Assembly (NCBI GenBank): GCA_951406725.2
Contig: OX597824.1
Location: 9,176,001 to 9,240,000, forward strand
Direction of reading: 5' to 3'
Origin: Octopus vulgaris
Taxonomy: Eukaryota
DNA length: 64,000 bases
Shown: one piece after another, positions 1 to 12,637 of the stretch
How positions within the stretch are numbered: the stretch's first letter is position 1
Layout: each line of letters starts with the position of its first letter
The notes under the pieces: generated by a model
Told to the model about the DNA's origin: nothing
The model's input: only the letters and a program-made list of their open reading frames with translations
The model's database searches: none
Translations under genes and position numbers: made by a program

Positions 1-39
1 AGGAAGAAGGGGAGATAGAAAGTACAAGAAAGTTTAGAA

Positions 40-215
40 AGTCTCTCTCTCTATTTTATTTTCTCTCCCTGTTTATGTCTGTGTTCCTTCCTGTTGAAGG
101 TCGTAGGCTCGAAACGTAAAATACTTTCTCAATTTCCAAGCGTTAAACTAATACATCTGTTTGTTGTTTACACACGCGTCTTCATCTTTTGCTTTTTTTT
201 TGTAAATTATCACTA
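40..215 (+). mobile_element. Penelope-like pLTR fragment, family P1, with degenerate hammerhead motif
   Basis: ctgttgaaggtcgtaggctcgaaacgtaaaa at 91-121; homologous to 7690-7852, 28803-28947 and 30310-30478; 3' end runs into TA/TATG microsatellite. Confidence 0.65.
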
Positions 216-714
216 TATGTATGTATGTGTGTATGTATGTATGTATGTATGTATATATATATATATACATATATATACATATATATACGTATATGTATAT
301 GTGTATATATATATTTATATACACACATATATAATATATATGTATATATATATTTATATATGTATGTATAGGTATAATCATAGCTGTCTCCTTCTCTGTA
401 CATATACATACGCACACATGAACATATACATATACAATTTCTATATATATGTACACGTTTGTGCGTTATTGTGTTCATATTATCATCTATCTGTTTTAGT
501 AATTATCTTAAATATTCACAGAAGATTTACCTTAATAATTGCTCTATTTTGAAAAAGGTAAATGAAATTTTTATCTGATTTGCTACTTAACAATCAATAC
601 ATGAACTAATTAACCTTTGTACCTGAAACGACTACAGAATAGCGCTCGAGTGAAGAAAATTTGTTATCTTTTATAAAGTGATTACCTGTTAAGTATACCA
701 ATATGTATAAAGCG

Positions 715-872
715 CAGGCGTGGCTGTGTAGTAAGAAGCTTATTTCGCAAGCCCACAGTACCAGGTTCGGTTCCAATGCGTGGCACATGTCTCAAGTGTT
801 TTCTACTATAATGTCAAGACGAGCAAAGCTTTGTGAGTGGATTTGGTTGACGGAAACTGAAAGAAGCCCGTT
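715..872 (+). mobile_element. SINE family B, 5' half (tRNA-derived head)
   Basis: gcgtggctgtgtagtaagaagctt...ggttcggttcc...gtgagtggatttgg...ggaaactgaaagaagcccg; matches the full copies at 29040 and 49093. Confidence 0.8.
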
Positions 873-880
873 ATATATAT

Positions 881-1025
881 ATAATCGTGAGCCGAATGCC
901 CTAACCACTAAGTCACGCGCCTTTACGTTGTGTATATATATATATATACAACGTGAAGGCATTCGGCTCACGATTATAAAGTCGTAAGTTCAATTCCCGG
1001 CGACGCGTTTTGTCGTTCAGCAAAA
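881..1025. repeat. tRNA-SINE head present as an inverted duplication around a (TA)n tract
   Basis: ataatcgtgagccgaatgcc (881-900) is the reverse complement of ggcattcggctcacgattat (958-977); A-box-like gacttagtggtta on the minus arm, B-box-like agttcaattcc on the plus arm. Confidence 0.7.
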
Positions 1026-1029
1026 CAAT

Positions 1030-1440
1030 ACACACAGAAAAATTAAGGCCAATTGGCCGGATATAGTTGTCAGAGATCATGAAGAAAAAAATGCGTACTA
1101 ATCGATGAATCAATACCAACAGATGACAACGTTTCTCCTAAAGAAATGGAGAAACATCTAGAAATAAGGTAACTCGAATGTGGAGTCTAAAAACAGAAAC
1201 AATTCCCATCACAGTAGGCACATTAAGTATGATAAAAAAATATTCAGACAAATACATAACAAACACCAAAGGATTTACAAATATATATAACATACAGAAA
1301 ATTGCACTACTAGGCACTGCACACATCCTACGCAAAACACTAGAGCATCACAGCAAACCACAGCACATACCCAAAGCACACAGACCTGCGCTCGGTAGTG
1401 ATGTGAATGCACGAGATAAAAATAAAACTACTGAATTATA
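1030..1440 (+). mobile_element. Dong/R4-clade non-LTR retrotransposon, 3' end (restriction-like endonuclease domain remnant plus 3' UTR)
   Basis: Frameshifted KAN(W)PDIVVRDHEEK..LID.SIPTDDNVS.KEMEK...MWSLKTETIPITVGTLSMIKK...QKIALLGTAHILRKTL, the PD..D/K RLE C-terminus. Confidence 0.8.
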
Positions 1441-1444
1441 GGAA

Positions 1445-1560
1445 TGAGAACCCAGGTTCGAAATTTCCCTAAGTCACCTGATGAAGGCTGGAGGGTACAT
1501 CAGACGAAACGTTGTGTTAACAACAAACAAGATGAGGACAAATATCCGTTAAATGCAATA
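1445..1560 (+). ncRNA. Type-I minimal hammerhead ribozyme in a Penelope-like terminal fragment
   Basis: cac CTGATGA a ggctg gagggtacat cag(a)c GAAAC GTT gtg (1475-1516): canonical core, stem I cac/gtg, palindromic AACGTT stem III. Confidence 0.7.
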
Positions 1561-1569
1561 TTGTTTGAA

Positions 1570-1730
1570 AGCCATTTGTCTTGTGTCATGCTTATTCTAC
1601 TTGAGGAGTACCTGAAGAGTACACATATCTGTGGAATACTCAGCCACTTTACCCACCAACATAATGACCAGTAGTTCAGTTGAACACGCAACTGAAAATG
1701 CGTGTCGTCAAAAGCGACGGAGGTCCCTTC
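1570..1730 (+). mobile_element. Diverged 3' body/tail of SINE family C
   Basis: gagtacacatatctgtggaatactcagccactt...gcgacggag resembles the reverse complement of 58865-59020. Confidence 0.5.
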
Positions 1731-2169
1731 ATTAATCTCCCAGAGATTCGTTTACAATTAAAGTTATAGCGTTGATTGTTGAAAGTAATGTATCCATTAC
1801 TCCCTCGTGTATAAGTACGTATATGTGTGTGTTTGTATACGCATATCTATACACACATATATATGTGTACGTTTTTTTACATTTTACTTGTTTCAGTCAT
1901 TAGATTGCGGCCATACTGGGGCTCAGTTTTACGCTTATACAAATATATATATATATATATGCATACATATATACATACATACATACAGATATAGATACAC
2001 ACACACTTGCACACGGACGCATACACACACGGACGCAGACACACACACACAGCTGGCTAACGACACACAGAATGTGTGTCGCAAATCAGCTGGACGAGAT
2101 GACATAGGGCGTCACACTTAGTTGGGAATTATGTTACGATTCCGTATCGCTACTGTTTACATCTCGCTC

Positions 2170-2240
<71 letters not shown>

Positions 2241-2330
2241 TGTATGTATGTATGTATGTATGTATGTATGTATGTATGTATGTATGCATGTATGTATGTT
2301 TGTATGTATGTATGTATGTATGTATGTATG

Positions 2331-2358
<28 letters not shown>

Positions 2359-2361
<3 letters not shown>

Positions 2362-2912
2362 GCGAACATTAGGTTACTTGTAATATTTTTCTGACATATT
2401 TCAACTTCAAAATGGAAATTGCCTGCGGTTACCGCGGAGAGAAATTTCTCTCTTATGGTACAAAGGTGTAAAAGCATCATATGTGTCCTGTGCTGCCCGC
2501 TGTCGGATTCCCTGACACGTTTCTAGTTCTTTTTAATGTTATCCATACCGAGGAGAGGCAACACTGGACACACATAACAAAATTAGAAGAAAATACAGCC
2601 TAAACAATGCTGGTCGCTGATACTCTAGAAATGTTTTCGACCAGGCGGTCTAATGGCGCATCTCAATCGATGATGTTGACTCAGTTTTAGTTAAAGCCAC
2701 GGCTTTTACGAAATCTGTCCAGTGTTGCCTTTGCTCGACATTTCCCATTGAGAGATGTTAAAGAGGTAGAAACGCATCTAGGAATTTGAGGTGGGTAGCA
2801 ACACTTGGTACGTACGGTGATTTTACTCTACAGTAACTGCAGTGAATCTACCATTTACCATACAAGGTAAAATATGTCACAAACCTATTTTAAGTAAGCT
2901 AGAATTAGCTTA
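2359..2912. mobile_element. Fold-back/MITE-like element with long degenerate terminal inverted repeats
   Basis: Arms pair along their length, e.g. ggcaacactggaca vs tgtccagtgttgcc, cgtttcta vs tagaaacg, tgacatattt vs aaatatgtca, taagc..ttactt vs aagtaa..gctta. Confidence 0.6.
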
Positions 2913-2947
2913 TGCTTTAACACTCATTGCAGCTGATACTGCTGAAT

Positions 2948-3012
<65 letters not shown>

Positions 3013-3640
3013 TCTAGCCTAAGGGTTGAAACGTATACAAGAATAAAGAATAGATAGATACACGTATATTTATAAATCTACCTATCATATATTATATATA
3101 GATAGAGAAAGAGAGAGAGAAATACATGCATACACAACCTAATTCAAAGTATACATTAATATATAAATATATATATACAATGTGTATTTCTTTATTTTAT
3201 TACAAAATAATTTTTGTATGCATTTCATATATTCTGTTGCAAATATCATTTGATCGACGTTATGGAGTTCCTTAATAGGAAACTAAATTCGTATTGATCG
3301 CTGCATGATTAAAATTTAAATTTTAAAAAATGTAAATCTCTCTAATCGTAAAAAAAAACAATTATATATATATTTATCATGTTAGAGTATTACATATAAA
3401 AGTACTCCACTCCCATTGTACCAATATCAATGGAAATGCTACAACGTGTGAGTGTGTGAGTGTGTGTGTGTGTGTGTGCTGAATATATATATGTGTTAGT
3501 CGTGTATTTACATCATATAAAAATCATTATTTGCTTTTGTACTGCAACGATTACGTCTTGAGGCTGAACGTTGTAAGCAGCGCCTCTTTCGTTCACTCTT
3601 GTGAGGCATTTAACCGAATTCTCGTTTTACATATGCGTTC

Positions 3641-4062
3641 CAGGCGTGGCTGAGTGGTAAGAAGCTTGCTTCCCAACTACGTGGTTCTGGGTTCAGTCCT
3701 ACTGCGTGGCCCCTTGAGCAAGTGGAAGCCTTGAGAGTAGATTTAGTAGACGGAAACACAAAGAAGCCCATCGTGTATATATATATATATAAATATATAT
3801 ATATGAAAAAACAAGTCAAGATAGAAAATGCTAAAATAATTTTATAAAGAACATTTCAGTACCGGTTTCGGTCATTTTGAGACTTTTTCAACTGTAACGA
3901 TTAAATAATTAAATTTAGAAAAATTAAAAGAAAAGTTTTTTTTAAAGGAATATTTGTATATTGTTCAATTATAAGTGACATTCTGCCTTTCTCTGTCTCC
4001 CTTGTTTGCACTTGTGTGTTCGAGGTCGTTGTGAATTCTATATATATATATACTTATATATA

Positions 4063-4095
<33 letters not shown>

Positions 4096-4104
4096 TTGTA
4101 TATA

Positions 4105-4149
<45 letters not shown>

Positions 4150-4156
4150 ACACACA

Positions 4157-4189
<33 letters not shown>

Positions 4190-4380
4190 TTGTGTGTCTG
4201 TGTTTGTCCCCCATCATCGGATGACAACTGATGTTGGCGTGTCTACGTCCCTGTAATATTCGGCAATATAGGCCGATAGAATAAGTATTAGGCCTACAAG
4301 TTCTGGGAGTGATTTTTTTCGACTAAAAGCGGTGCTCCGGGTTAGCCGCTGTCAAATTACTCAAACAAGTGAAAGAATAT
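3641..4380 (+). mobile_element. SINE family B split by insertions in its internal (TA)n tract
   Basis: Head at 3641-3775, tail at 4185-4380 (ggcggtgctcc...tcaaattactcaaacaagtgaaag); foreign sequence at 3805-4040 between TA tracts. Confidence 0.75.
3805..3970 (-). ncRNA. Penelope-like pLTR fragment with hammerhead (U3-A8 core variant)
   Basis: Minus strand: cag TTGAAAA a gtc tcaaaat gac c GAAAC cg GTA ctg (3857-3894); 3' end abuts (TA)n. Confidence 0.6.
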
Positions 4381-6462
4381 ACATACAGATGTCAATAAGT
4401 CTATATCTATGCTTATAAATACGCACGCATATGATGTGAATGTTTGTGTCTGTATCTGTTTGGATATATATATATATATATTCTTGAGTTCATTTGGTGT
4501 TGAATGATAAGCGTTTGACACTTCGGAAAATGTCTCTCTTCACAGAGATGAATAAATTGGACACAATAGATTCTGGTGTTCAAATGACCATGAAAAACCT
4601 TTTGCTTTCTCCTGAAAATAAAACCCTTGTTTGAAATATTACGATTTTGTTGAATGTAGTCTCCTGCAAGTCTCCCTTGATTTATCTGCTACGTACGTCT
4701 AACACGACCAAGTAACAGTGTTGGTAGATTATCAGCTAGATTAACTTGCAAAAGTCGTCCCAAATCTTTTCATTCTGTGTTCAAATCTTGCTAGGGACAA
4801 TTTACTTCGCTTCGTTCTGTTCGATATTTAAGTAAACACATTTTTAAATAATGTAGTATTCTATGCAGAGATCAATTCTTCATTTTACTTTGATATTTCA
4901 AAAGAGATGAAATCGTACAATAAATAATTATCCAATATTCTAACTACCTCCTTTTTTCTTAATAATTAATACGTATTTTTGTGTATGTATATGCGTGTGT
5001 GAGTGTGTGAGCGCGCGCGGCTGTTTTAGAGTATAATTATATGAGAGGAAGGAATTATTCTTAAATTTATGAGATTTTATTCTATTATTTTCTTTGTCAA
5101 TTAGAGGAAACAATAATTTAGTACAATTAAGCAATTTATTTTAATACTAAAATATACTCGATATTTCGATTGGTTTGATTTCGGATCGTTATCAGGAATT
5201 TTGATTCATCGATATATATATCATAATACGTTGAGAGATATTTTTGTTCATCGATTTATACATAATACTAACGTAGATACAAATTTTCGACATTGATTTC
5301 TAAATGTAGTATAGATAAATATTAAAGAAATATATTTCATCACGAAATACGTAAGAGAATAATAACAGAGAAAAACATATAATCGTATTAAACATATCTC
5401 ATATCCCCACCATACAGACATTTCATTAACGCTTTCGCTTTGTTCTTAACTTGCATTGCTTTTTTTTTATTAATGATAGTAATGGATATTCAATTGATAC
5501 GGCATTTCCCAGCATGTGTATATAATTGTCGGCTATACATGAAACCTGCGCGGTAGTCAAAATCATGGTTTGAAACAACGCAGATACGTTTAATTATTGA
5601 AATACCTCAATGGCTATTTGCCGTTGAACCAATTGAAAGTTGTAACAACAGTGTTCAGTCTAAGAGTCGCCAATCTGGCGTAATAAATATCAGATATTAT
5701 AAACAGAAGGGGTTAATGGTAGAGAAAAACGAATTGATTTCGTAATTATATACTAAAGAAATACTGTCAAAATAATCTCTGCCGTTTGGAAATGCTTTCA
5801 TCTATAGTTTTATGTCCGTTTTCCGTTTTTATATAAAAGAAGAAAAAGATCTAATTTGGAAGCGAATATCCTGAGGATTTTTTTTTTCTGATGATGGTTC
5901 GTTGGGAATCTATGAAGAAGAAAAACAGAAAAAAAGAAGTAAACCGTACAAGTCAGATATCAAAGTATTTACAACGCAAAGGAGCACAATGCTAATTAGT
6001 TATTTTAGCCTAAATGAATTAAAAGGCTGTCGTAATATAATGGAAATAAATCAAAGCCGCGGTTTGAAGTAAATTTAATATTTAGAATTCCCGAGTGAAA
6101 ATTATGAAATCGATCGATGCACTATTATCTGCTTCATAGAAGGTGGTCTTTATGGAAAGACGGTTGAAGGACGACTATATTACAGTACTTTTAATAAATA
6201 ATATTGTTATTCTATGTTTAGCGTTCGAATCACGCTTGATTTGATTTTACCGATCAATTCTCGATAAAAGAACACTAAAAGGGCAATTTGTTATGCTGAA
6301 AATAGCAGCTAAATCTTCTAATCACACTCTACCGTCTGCGGTAATTCCAATGACTGGCATGAGTTTTATCTTTTGCTTGGATCGTAGTCGGACCCCGCCT
6401 TGAAGGTTATAAGCGATCGACGCCAGTATTTATTTATTTTTTTAAACCCGGCACTTACACGC

Positions 6463-6577
6463 TCTTCTACTCTAGGCACAAGGCCCGAAATTTGCGGGAA
6501 GGGCCAGTCGATTAGATCGAACCAGTAAGCAACTGGTACTTAATTTATCGACCTCGAAAGGAGGAAAGGCAAAGCCT
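6463..6577 (-). mobile_element. SINE family A, 3' part with short tail type 2
   Basis: Reverse complement of ctttgcctttc..tttcgaggtcgataaattaagtaccagttgc...gggccttgtgcctagagtagaaga. Confidence 0.75.
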
Positions 6578-6589
6578 ACTTCCAAAATA

Positions 6590-6895
6590 GGTCTCAGGGA
6601 GTAGCGTCCTATCCTTGCTTTCCTGAGCTAGTTTTCCACCACATTTCTTAAAAATCATGGTAGAGGCCTTGGTCTCAGGACCACTCATATCTACAAACTG
6701 AGGTTGGGGGTAAGCAAGGGCATGCTCCCTGTAGAAAATCCAGCTCTAAAAAAGCCTCATGATAGCAAGTGAGGTGCGCTGCACCTGCCTGCCTCCGTTG
6801 CTATGGCATTGAGGCAGATCCGGCCACCCCTATTAACGGTGACAAAACCCGGATTTAAAACACTCGATGATGAAGATGATGATGATGATGACGAT
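6590..6895 (+). mobile_element. Probable RTE-type LINE/SINE 3' end with (GAT)n tail
   Basis: gaggttggggtaagcaagggcatgctccctgtagaaa...gccacccc...aaaacactcgatgatgaagatgatgat; GC-richer than the flanks, ends in a trinucleotide tail. Confidence 0.45.
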
Positions 6896-7321
6896 TCCAG
6901 GTTGGATATAATTTAGGCCACATCAGATTAGAAAGATTAAAATGTAAGACAAGGATGAGACGTTTTCGAACGTAGCACCCGCGATTATCGAGGTTTACTG
7001 TATCGTCTTTTCTTTGTCTGCAAAGTCTCTGACATATGATCTTTTTGTTCAATTTGTAAAGTATGAGAAACCTTGTATAATAATAATTATTATTATTTAG
7101 TTCGGCTATATTTGTTCTAGTGTTTTGTGTTCAAATCCCGCAGAGTCGATATACTAAATTTCAACTTTCTAAGATCGATAAATAAAGTATTAGTCCAAGC
7201 GTCTATATGTCTATCTTTACTTTTGTATCTATGGATTATATTAGTAGTTCACAGGACCATCTTTGATGCATCAATACAGCACATATCTGGAATACTCAGC
7301 CTAGTTACACGTCAATATGAC

Positions 7322-7680
7322 GAGAGGACCAGAGGTACACCTCGGTTTATATGGGTGGATGGAGTGAGGAGAGCTTTGGTGGTCAGATGTGCTGGAGTGA
7401 GAGAGGCAACAGAGTTTATAAATGATAGGAAAGCTTGGGGAGTATTTGTGGACAGATGAGTGAATTTGATGTTGCTCAAAGGAGTACGGAACCAACATGA
7501 TACGGCGGGAATAAACCAGCATTTGCTGTCGGGCCCCGCTGCTGATATTGGGTGTTGCGTTCTATACCTTGACCAGAGCATAGAACGGGGCTCTCCCCTT
7601 TCAGCTGGGAAATGAATTGAATGCCTGGTGTGTGTCTTGTTGTGGCTATCCCTTCCTAAAAAATGGGGAATAGTCCTGAG
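7322..7680 (+). mobile_element. RTE-clade LINE 3' end
   Basis: RTRGTPRFIWVDGVRRAL...REATEFINDRKAWGVFV* matches the RGRP..W.D.V....DR..W C-terminus of RTE ORFs. Confidence 0.65.
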
Positions 7681-7689
7681 TATTTTTTC

Positions 7690-7852
7690 TCTCCTTGTTT
7701 CTCTCCTTGTTTTTTCTGTGTCTCTTTCTGTAGAAGAGCGTAGGCTCGAAAAGTAAAAGACTTTTTCAATTTCTGAGCGTTATTCTAATACATCTGTTTG
7801 TTTTGTACACCACCTGTCTTCACTTTTTGTTTTTTTTTCGTAAACTCTCCCT
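7690..7852 (+). mobile_element. Penelope-like pLTR fragment, family P1, with hammerhead-like motif
   Basis: cttt CTGTAGA a gagc gtag gctc GAAA a GTA aaag (7724-7759); ends ctctccct then (TA)n. Confidence 0.7.
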
Positions 7853-8487
7853 ATATATATGTATATGTATATATATATAGTATATGTATATATGTGACGA
7901 GAAGGAAATCGTCGAAAGGAACGGAAGATCCATCGGTTCTTCTGCTGTTCAAAAGAAATCAATATTAAAGTAGTTGTAAGGGAATCGATCTGTGGATAAG
8001 CAAGTATTTATGACTACTTAATTACACATATTCTTTCTCAAGTACCACACAGAGAAACACAGGCCAGTATTTTACTGCCAGTTTGATTTTAAGATATTTA
8101 CATTTGTATTTACATATTATAGGGTTGAAGGGAACACCTTTGAAATTAAACTGTTTTGATGTATCGCTTATCGTGACAGAATCAAGAACGCAATCTCGTT
8201 CCAGCGGAAATCGGAAAACGAAGGTGTTTATAAAATACATAATAATAATAATATTTTACGCGAAGGAAGAAAGTCGCAAAATAGGATATAAATATATAGG
8301 TGTGTATAGCTCAGAGCTGCACTACTTACGTGACAGCTCCCATTAAATTTTATACCATATCCTATCGTATTTATTTTGTTCCATGGTTGTATGTATTAAA
8401 CTATATTCACAAATTGTGTGTATATATATATATATGTATGTTTATAGATCGATCGATTGATCGATAGACAGATACATATTGGTATAG

Positions 8488-8640
8488 GTAGCGTTGTGGC
8501 TGTGTGGTATGAAGCTTGATTCCAAATCTCATGGTTTTGTGTTCAGTCCCACTACATGATACCTTGGGCAGATGTCTTCTACTGTAGGGTCGTACCAAAA
8601 AGCGGATTTTGTGGATGGAAACTGAAAGAATCTCGTCATA
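8488..8640 (+). mobile_element. SINE family B head
   Basis: tggctgtgtggtatgaagcttg...ccttgggcagatgtcttctact...ggaaactgaaagaa, followed by (CA)n(TA)n. Confidence 0.75.
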
Positions 8641-8649
8641 TAGATACAT

Positions 8650-8735
<86 letters not shown>

Positions 8736-8889
8736 CAATAATTAAGGATTTAGCAACGAGTTGCTTAACCACATACCGAAAAATTTAGAAATAGCAGCCA
8801 AAAGACCGTTATTTCTTTTCGCTACAAAATATGACTCTTTTTGATCAGAGTATTGCTGGTGGAGGACTATAAGGAGATACACAACTTCA

Positions 8890-9115
8890 AGGCGGCGAGC
8901 TGGCAGAAACGTTAGCAAGCCGGGCGAAATGCGTAGCTATATTTCGTCTGTAGTTACGTTCCGAGTTCAAATTCCGCCGAGGTCGACTTTGCCTTTCATC
9001 CTTTCGGGGTCGATAAATTAAGAACGCACTGGAGTCGATGTAATCGACTTAATCCGTTTGTCTGTCCTTCTTTGTCCTCTCTGCGTTTAGCCCCTTGTGG
9101 GTAGTAAACAAATAG
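8890..9115 (+). mobile_element. SINE family A, full monomer
   Basis: aggcggcgagctggcagaaacgttagc...gagttcaaattcc...gcctttcatcctttcggggtcgataaatt...tagccccttgtggg; TSD atacacaactt on both sides. Confidence 0.9.
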
Positions 9116-9249
9116 ATATACACAACTTTGCATGCAACGTTTTGGATTTATTAGGGAAGAGAACGTCTTCTGAAGGATATTTATATTTCTTGAAGAAGAA
9201 CGTTGTGTCGCGAAGATAGATAGTACCGTCAATGTATCTCTGATTCGCA

Positions 9250-10200
9250 AGTAGAAGAAATTCTATGGCTACATAACATAATCAATAGTGTCCATTCCTA
9301 TCCATTGTCGAACAGGTATTTTGTAGCTATTTCTTGCTATTGGATTGCTAAAACTACAATCCTCAAAATGATTCGATATAGCAGTTATGAGGTTACAATT
9401 CCCATTCAAAGTAGCATCGTTTTCAGATTTACAGGAACCATGCTTATGCATTAGCGTTTTATAATCTACTACAGAGGTTTTTTCTCTGACGGATCCTTGT
9501 TAGTATATGTTTCTCCGCTAGATTTAAGGTCGCTTCTAACATCGACAAGAACTAAATATTTGTTGTGCGAGTTTGTGTCTCTGGTGAGACATTATACATT
9601 CCTTACCATCAACCGTTTTGTTAATGAATATGTTTTTGTTGCTGATGTTTAGCAGAAGATACCGGAGTGACACCAGAAGCTGTGAGTTATCTGTCTTAAG
9701 CCTCCTCCTTCATCCTTTCTCTCTTTTCTCATATATTTGTATTGCCTTCCTGATTGGTGTTCCATTGCTCGCTTGTTTGTTTGTCTTTTTCTTCTCCATC
9801 CGCTCTTCCTTGGTAAGATTGTAACGATTGTAAATAACAGGTAATAATGGTTAGAAAAATTCCGCAGCGCCAATAATACCTTTTTGATGATTATCGCAAA
9901 TGACAATATGCAACATAAGAATTATGGAGCTATATTCTTTCTTCGAAAGGGCGAATTCATCCCACTTGCATCCATGCTATTTATGTTATCTTCTCTTTTT
10001 CTTCCTATAAGGAAGGAATTCGGTTATAACAAAAAAACTGAGACCCATCGTTGGAAGTGAGACAATTCCGAGAAAAGTGTATGCCTAGAAAAACTTGGCA
10101 TACATTCTGTTTCCTAAGTGAAGTGGTCATTTTCTTTACCTTAAACGGTTTCCCATTCCAGACAGCCGCCTTGACATTTAGCAACATAGCCAAGTCCATT
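9250..10200 (-). pseudogene. Highly decayed LINE APE-endonuclease region
   Basis: Fragments ..NGNCNLITAISNHF..SN..YKIPVRQWIGMDTIDYVM and IITCY resemble APE motifs (NG..L, IDY); many stops. Confidence 0.35.
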
Positions 10201-10285
10201 AATTATTCTTGATTTAAATAACAAGAAATTATTGGCATATATAGGGGCTGCAGGTTTCGAAGTAGTTTTTATCTGTTTTTTTTTA

Positions 10286-10770
10286 GTTTCATCTCAGAGC
10301 TGTGGCCTTGCTGGAGCCCCGCCGTTTTGCTACACTGCTGTTATTGAGAGCTTCCTCTAATATGTAGCATTTGGTGAATAAGGGAGTTTGATGTAGCTAC
10401 CCTCATTTGCACCTCTTGCCGCGAGATCCAGTTTTGATTTGGAAACACCTACATCAATTTTGTGTAGGTTCCCCAGGCTCTTAGGGAGAATATTAAAAGG
10501 CTATGCTTCCCTGAAACCCAGGCTGTTGCAGTAACTGATCCAGAAGCGCTATGGCATTGCTGGGATCGTTGGCACTGTGCAGTGTCGACCTGTTCTGGCT
10601 TTGGTGTAGCTTTCAATCCCAAAATTTAGCACAATTGCTTCCAGGAACTTCCAGATGTATACTACAGCATACCTCTCCCGCCTTCGCTCCAGCGAGTAGA
10701 GTCTTAGCTGTTTCAGCCTTTCCCAGTAGCGGAGCTGTTGCAATGAGACGATCTTCTTTCTGAAGTTTCG
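10286..10770 (-). mobile_element. CR1/L2-group LINE 3' end (ORF2 C-terminus plus 3' tail)
   Basis: YWERLKQLRLYSLERRRERYAVVYIWK...YCNSLGF...FNILPK; tail ggcggggctccagcaaggccacagctctgagatgaaac. Confidence 0.85.
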
Positions 10771-11919
10771 CATAAATATTCTCCTTCTCAATGAATTTGG
10801 AAGAGTCGTTCATATCTACAGATATTTCCTTCTTGTCCGAAATATCCCTACCAAACCTGTTAAGTTTTCACTGGGTGGAAGTAGTAGAAGCATTCATGGA
10901 TATATTCAAAGAATAATTTTCATATTGTTATGTTTATACGTAAATGACAAGAGAGGTACCACAGAACATGTTTTTCTACAGAAAGTAATGTATTTTGTTT
11001 TAGCAACAACATACTACATTAGGGATAGAAACTTGAGGACAATTTTCCAGCTGCTGAAAGTTAATTGTGTGAGCAAGGTTGTGTGCGAATGTTTAGGAGA
11101 AATAAATCAAGATGTTAGTAGTTGTAAGATGTCATGATATCGGGTCTTGGCATGCAGTGACTGGGTTGTTATGTTGACGTGACGCTATGAATTGAAAAGA
11201 CGGATGTTGGCGTGCGTATACCAACATGTTGTGTAGTGAAATATTCTGGGCCTTTATGGAGAAGTTTTGGTGGCAACCCACACCAAAAGTATGGGGAGGT
11301 GCTTTAGAGGAGACCAACTCTGTATTTAGTATCAGGAAGAGGTGTGTTTAAACGGAGGAACAACTGTTGTTTATGTCGTTGACGAAACATAAGTGTACCA
11401 TGGTGTGGTATAATCCACGAAAAAGAAGCAAGGAGAATTGAACTGAGCAAAAACATGTGACGATATTGCGAACCAACGGCTTAATGTTTGGGTCGTTATT
11501 TTTTTTATTTCTTTCATATTAACTTCTTCCTGGCGCCATACTTATGTCTTAAATGACATCGTCTTATAATCTTTTCCTTTTACAGTTTTAATTGCGTTGA
11601 CTTTATACGTCCTCCATTGTTTTTGCTTTTTCGGATTCTACTTTGCTTCCAGGCCTTTTATATGTGTATACATGCACGCACATGCGCTTACACACACACA
11701 CTAACACACACACACACACACACATGTATATTGTATGTATATACTGACATATAAATAAATACATCAACACATATATACATATGAGTATGTGTGTGCGTAT
11801 ATATGTATATATACATATATTCATATAATCGGCCGTACATATTCAATATTTGCACCTCTAGCATTGCTTCTAATTCATATTTGAATACGTGTGTAGGTAT
11901 TTATGTATATATTTATGTG

Positions 11920-12006
<87 letters not shown>

Positions 12007-12068
12007 AGATGTTTATGTGTGTGTATAAGTTTATGTATTCATACATACATGCATACATACATACATAC

Positions 12069-12133
<65 letters not shown>

Positions 12134-12637
12134 TATACATATGTGTGCGAAGGTAAGCGAATGACAATGTATAACACTCAGATACGTTGTGCAGTCATAA
12201 GTACAGTAACAGCAATACATATATACACTGAGAGAGAAAAAAAAGATTTTAGAGAGCGAGGAAGGGAGATAAATGGGAGGGAGTTTAAGTGACGAGGTTA
12301 ATTAAAAAAATCAGTCCACGTTCGAATAAAAAAATACCATTATTTCTTTTTAATTATCTCGACACAATACAGCCATTGTGTTACTGTTTCCTTCTGTTAT
12401 ATTGCTAATCAACTCCATTGAAATAGAATAGAAAATAGGAGAGAAGAAAAAAGAAACGATAATTGAACTTGCAACTGCCTACACTCTATATACGTATCTT
12501 GTGTAACTGTTAAATGTTAATTCCGAAATGGCAAACCCATTTGAAATTTATATTCAAAGTTTTACTTGTTTAGAGATTGTTTTTATCTGAGATCGTGCGC
12601 AGGTTTGACAATTATTACATCGTGGATGAGACAAAAT

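Noticed and set aside
7875-8410. TA-flanked island as another hammerhead element
   Set aside because: No convincing core found on either strand
10820-11600. Continuation of the CR1-like RT
   Set aside because: No recognisable RT motif in any frame I could read; left unassigned
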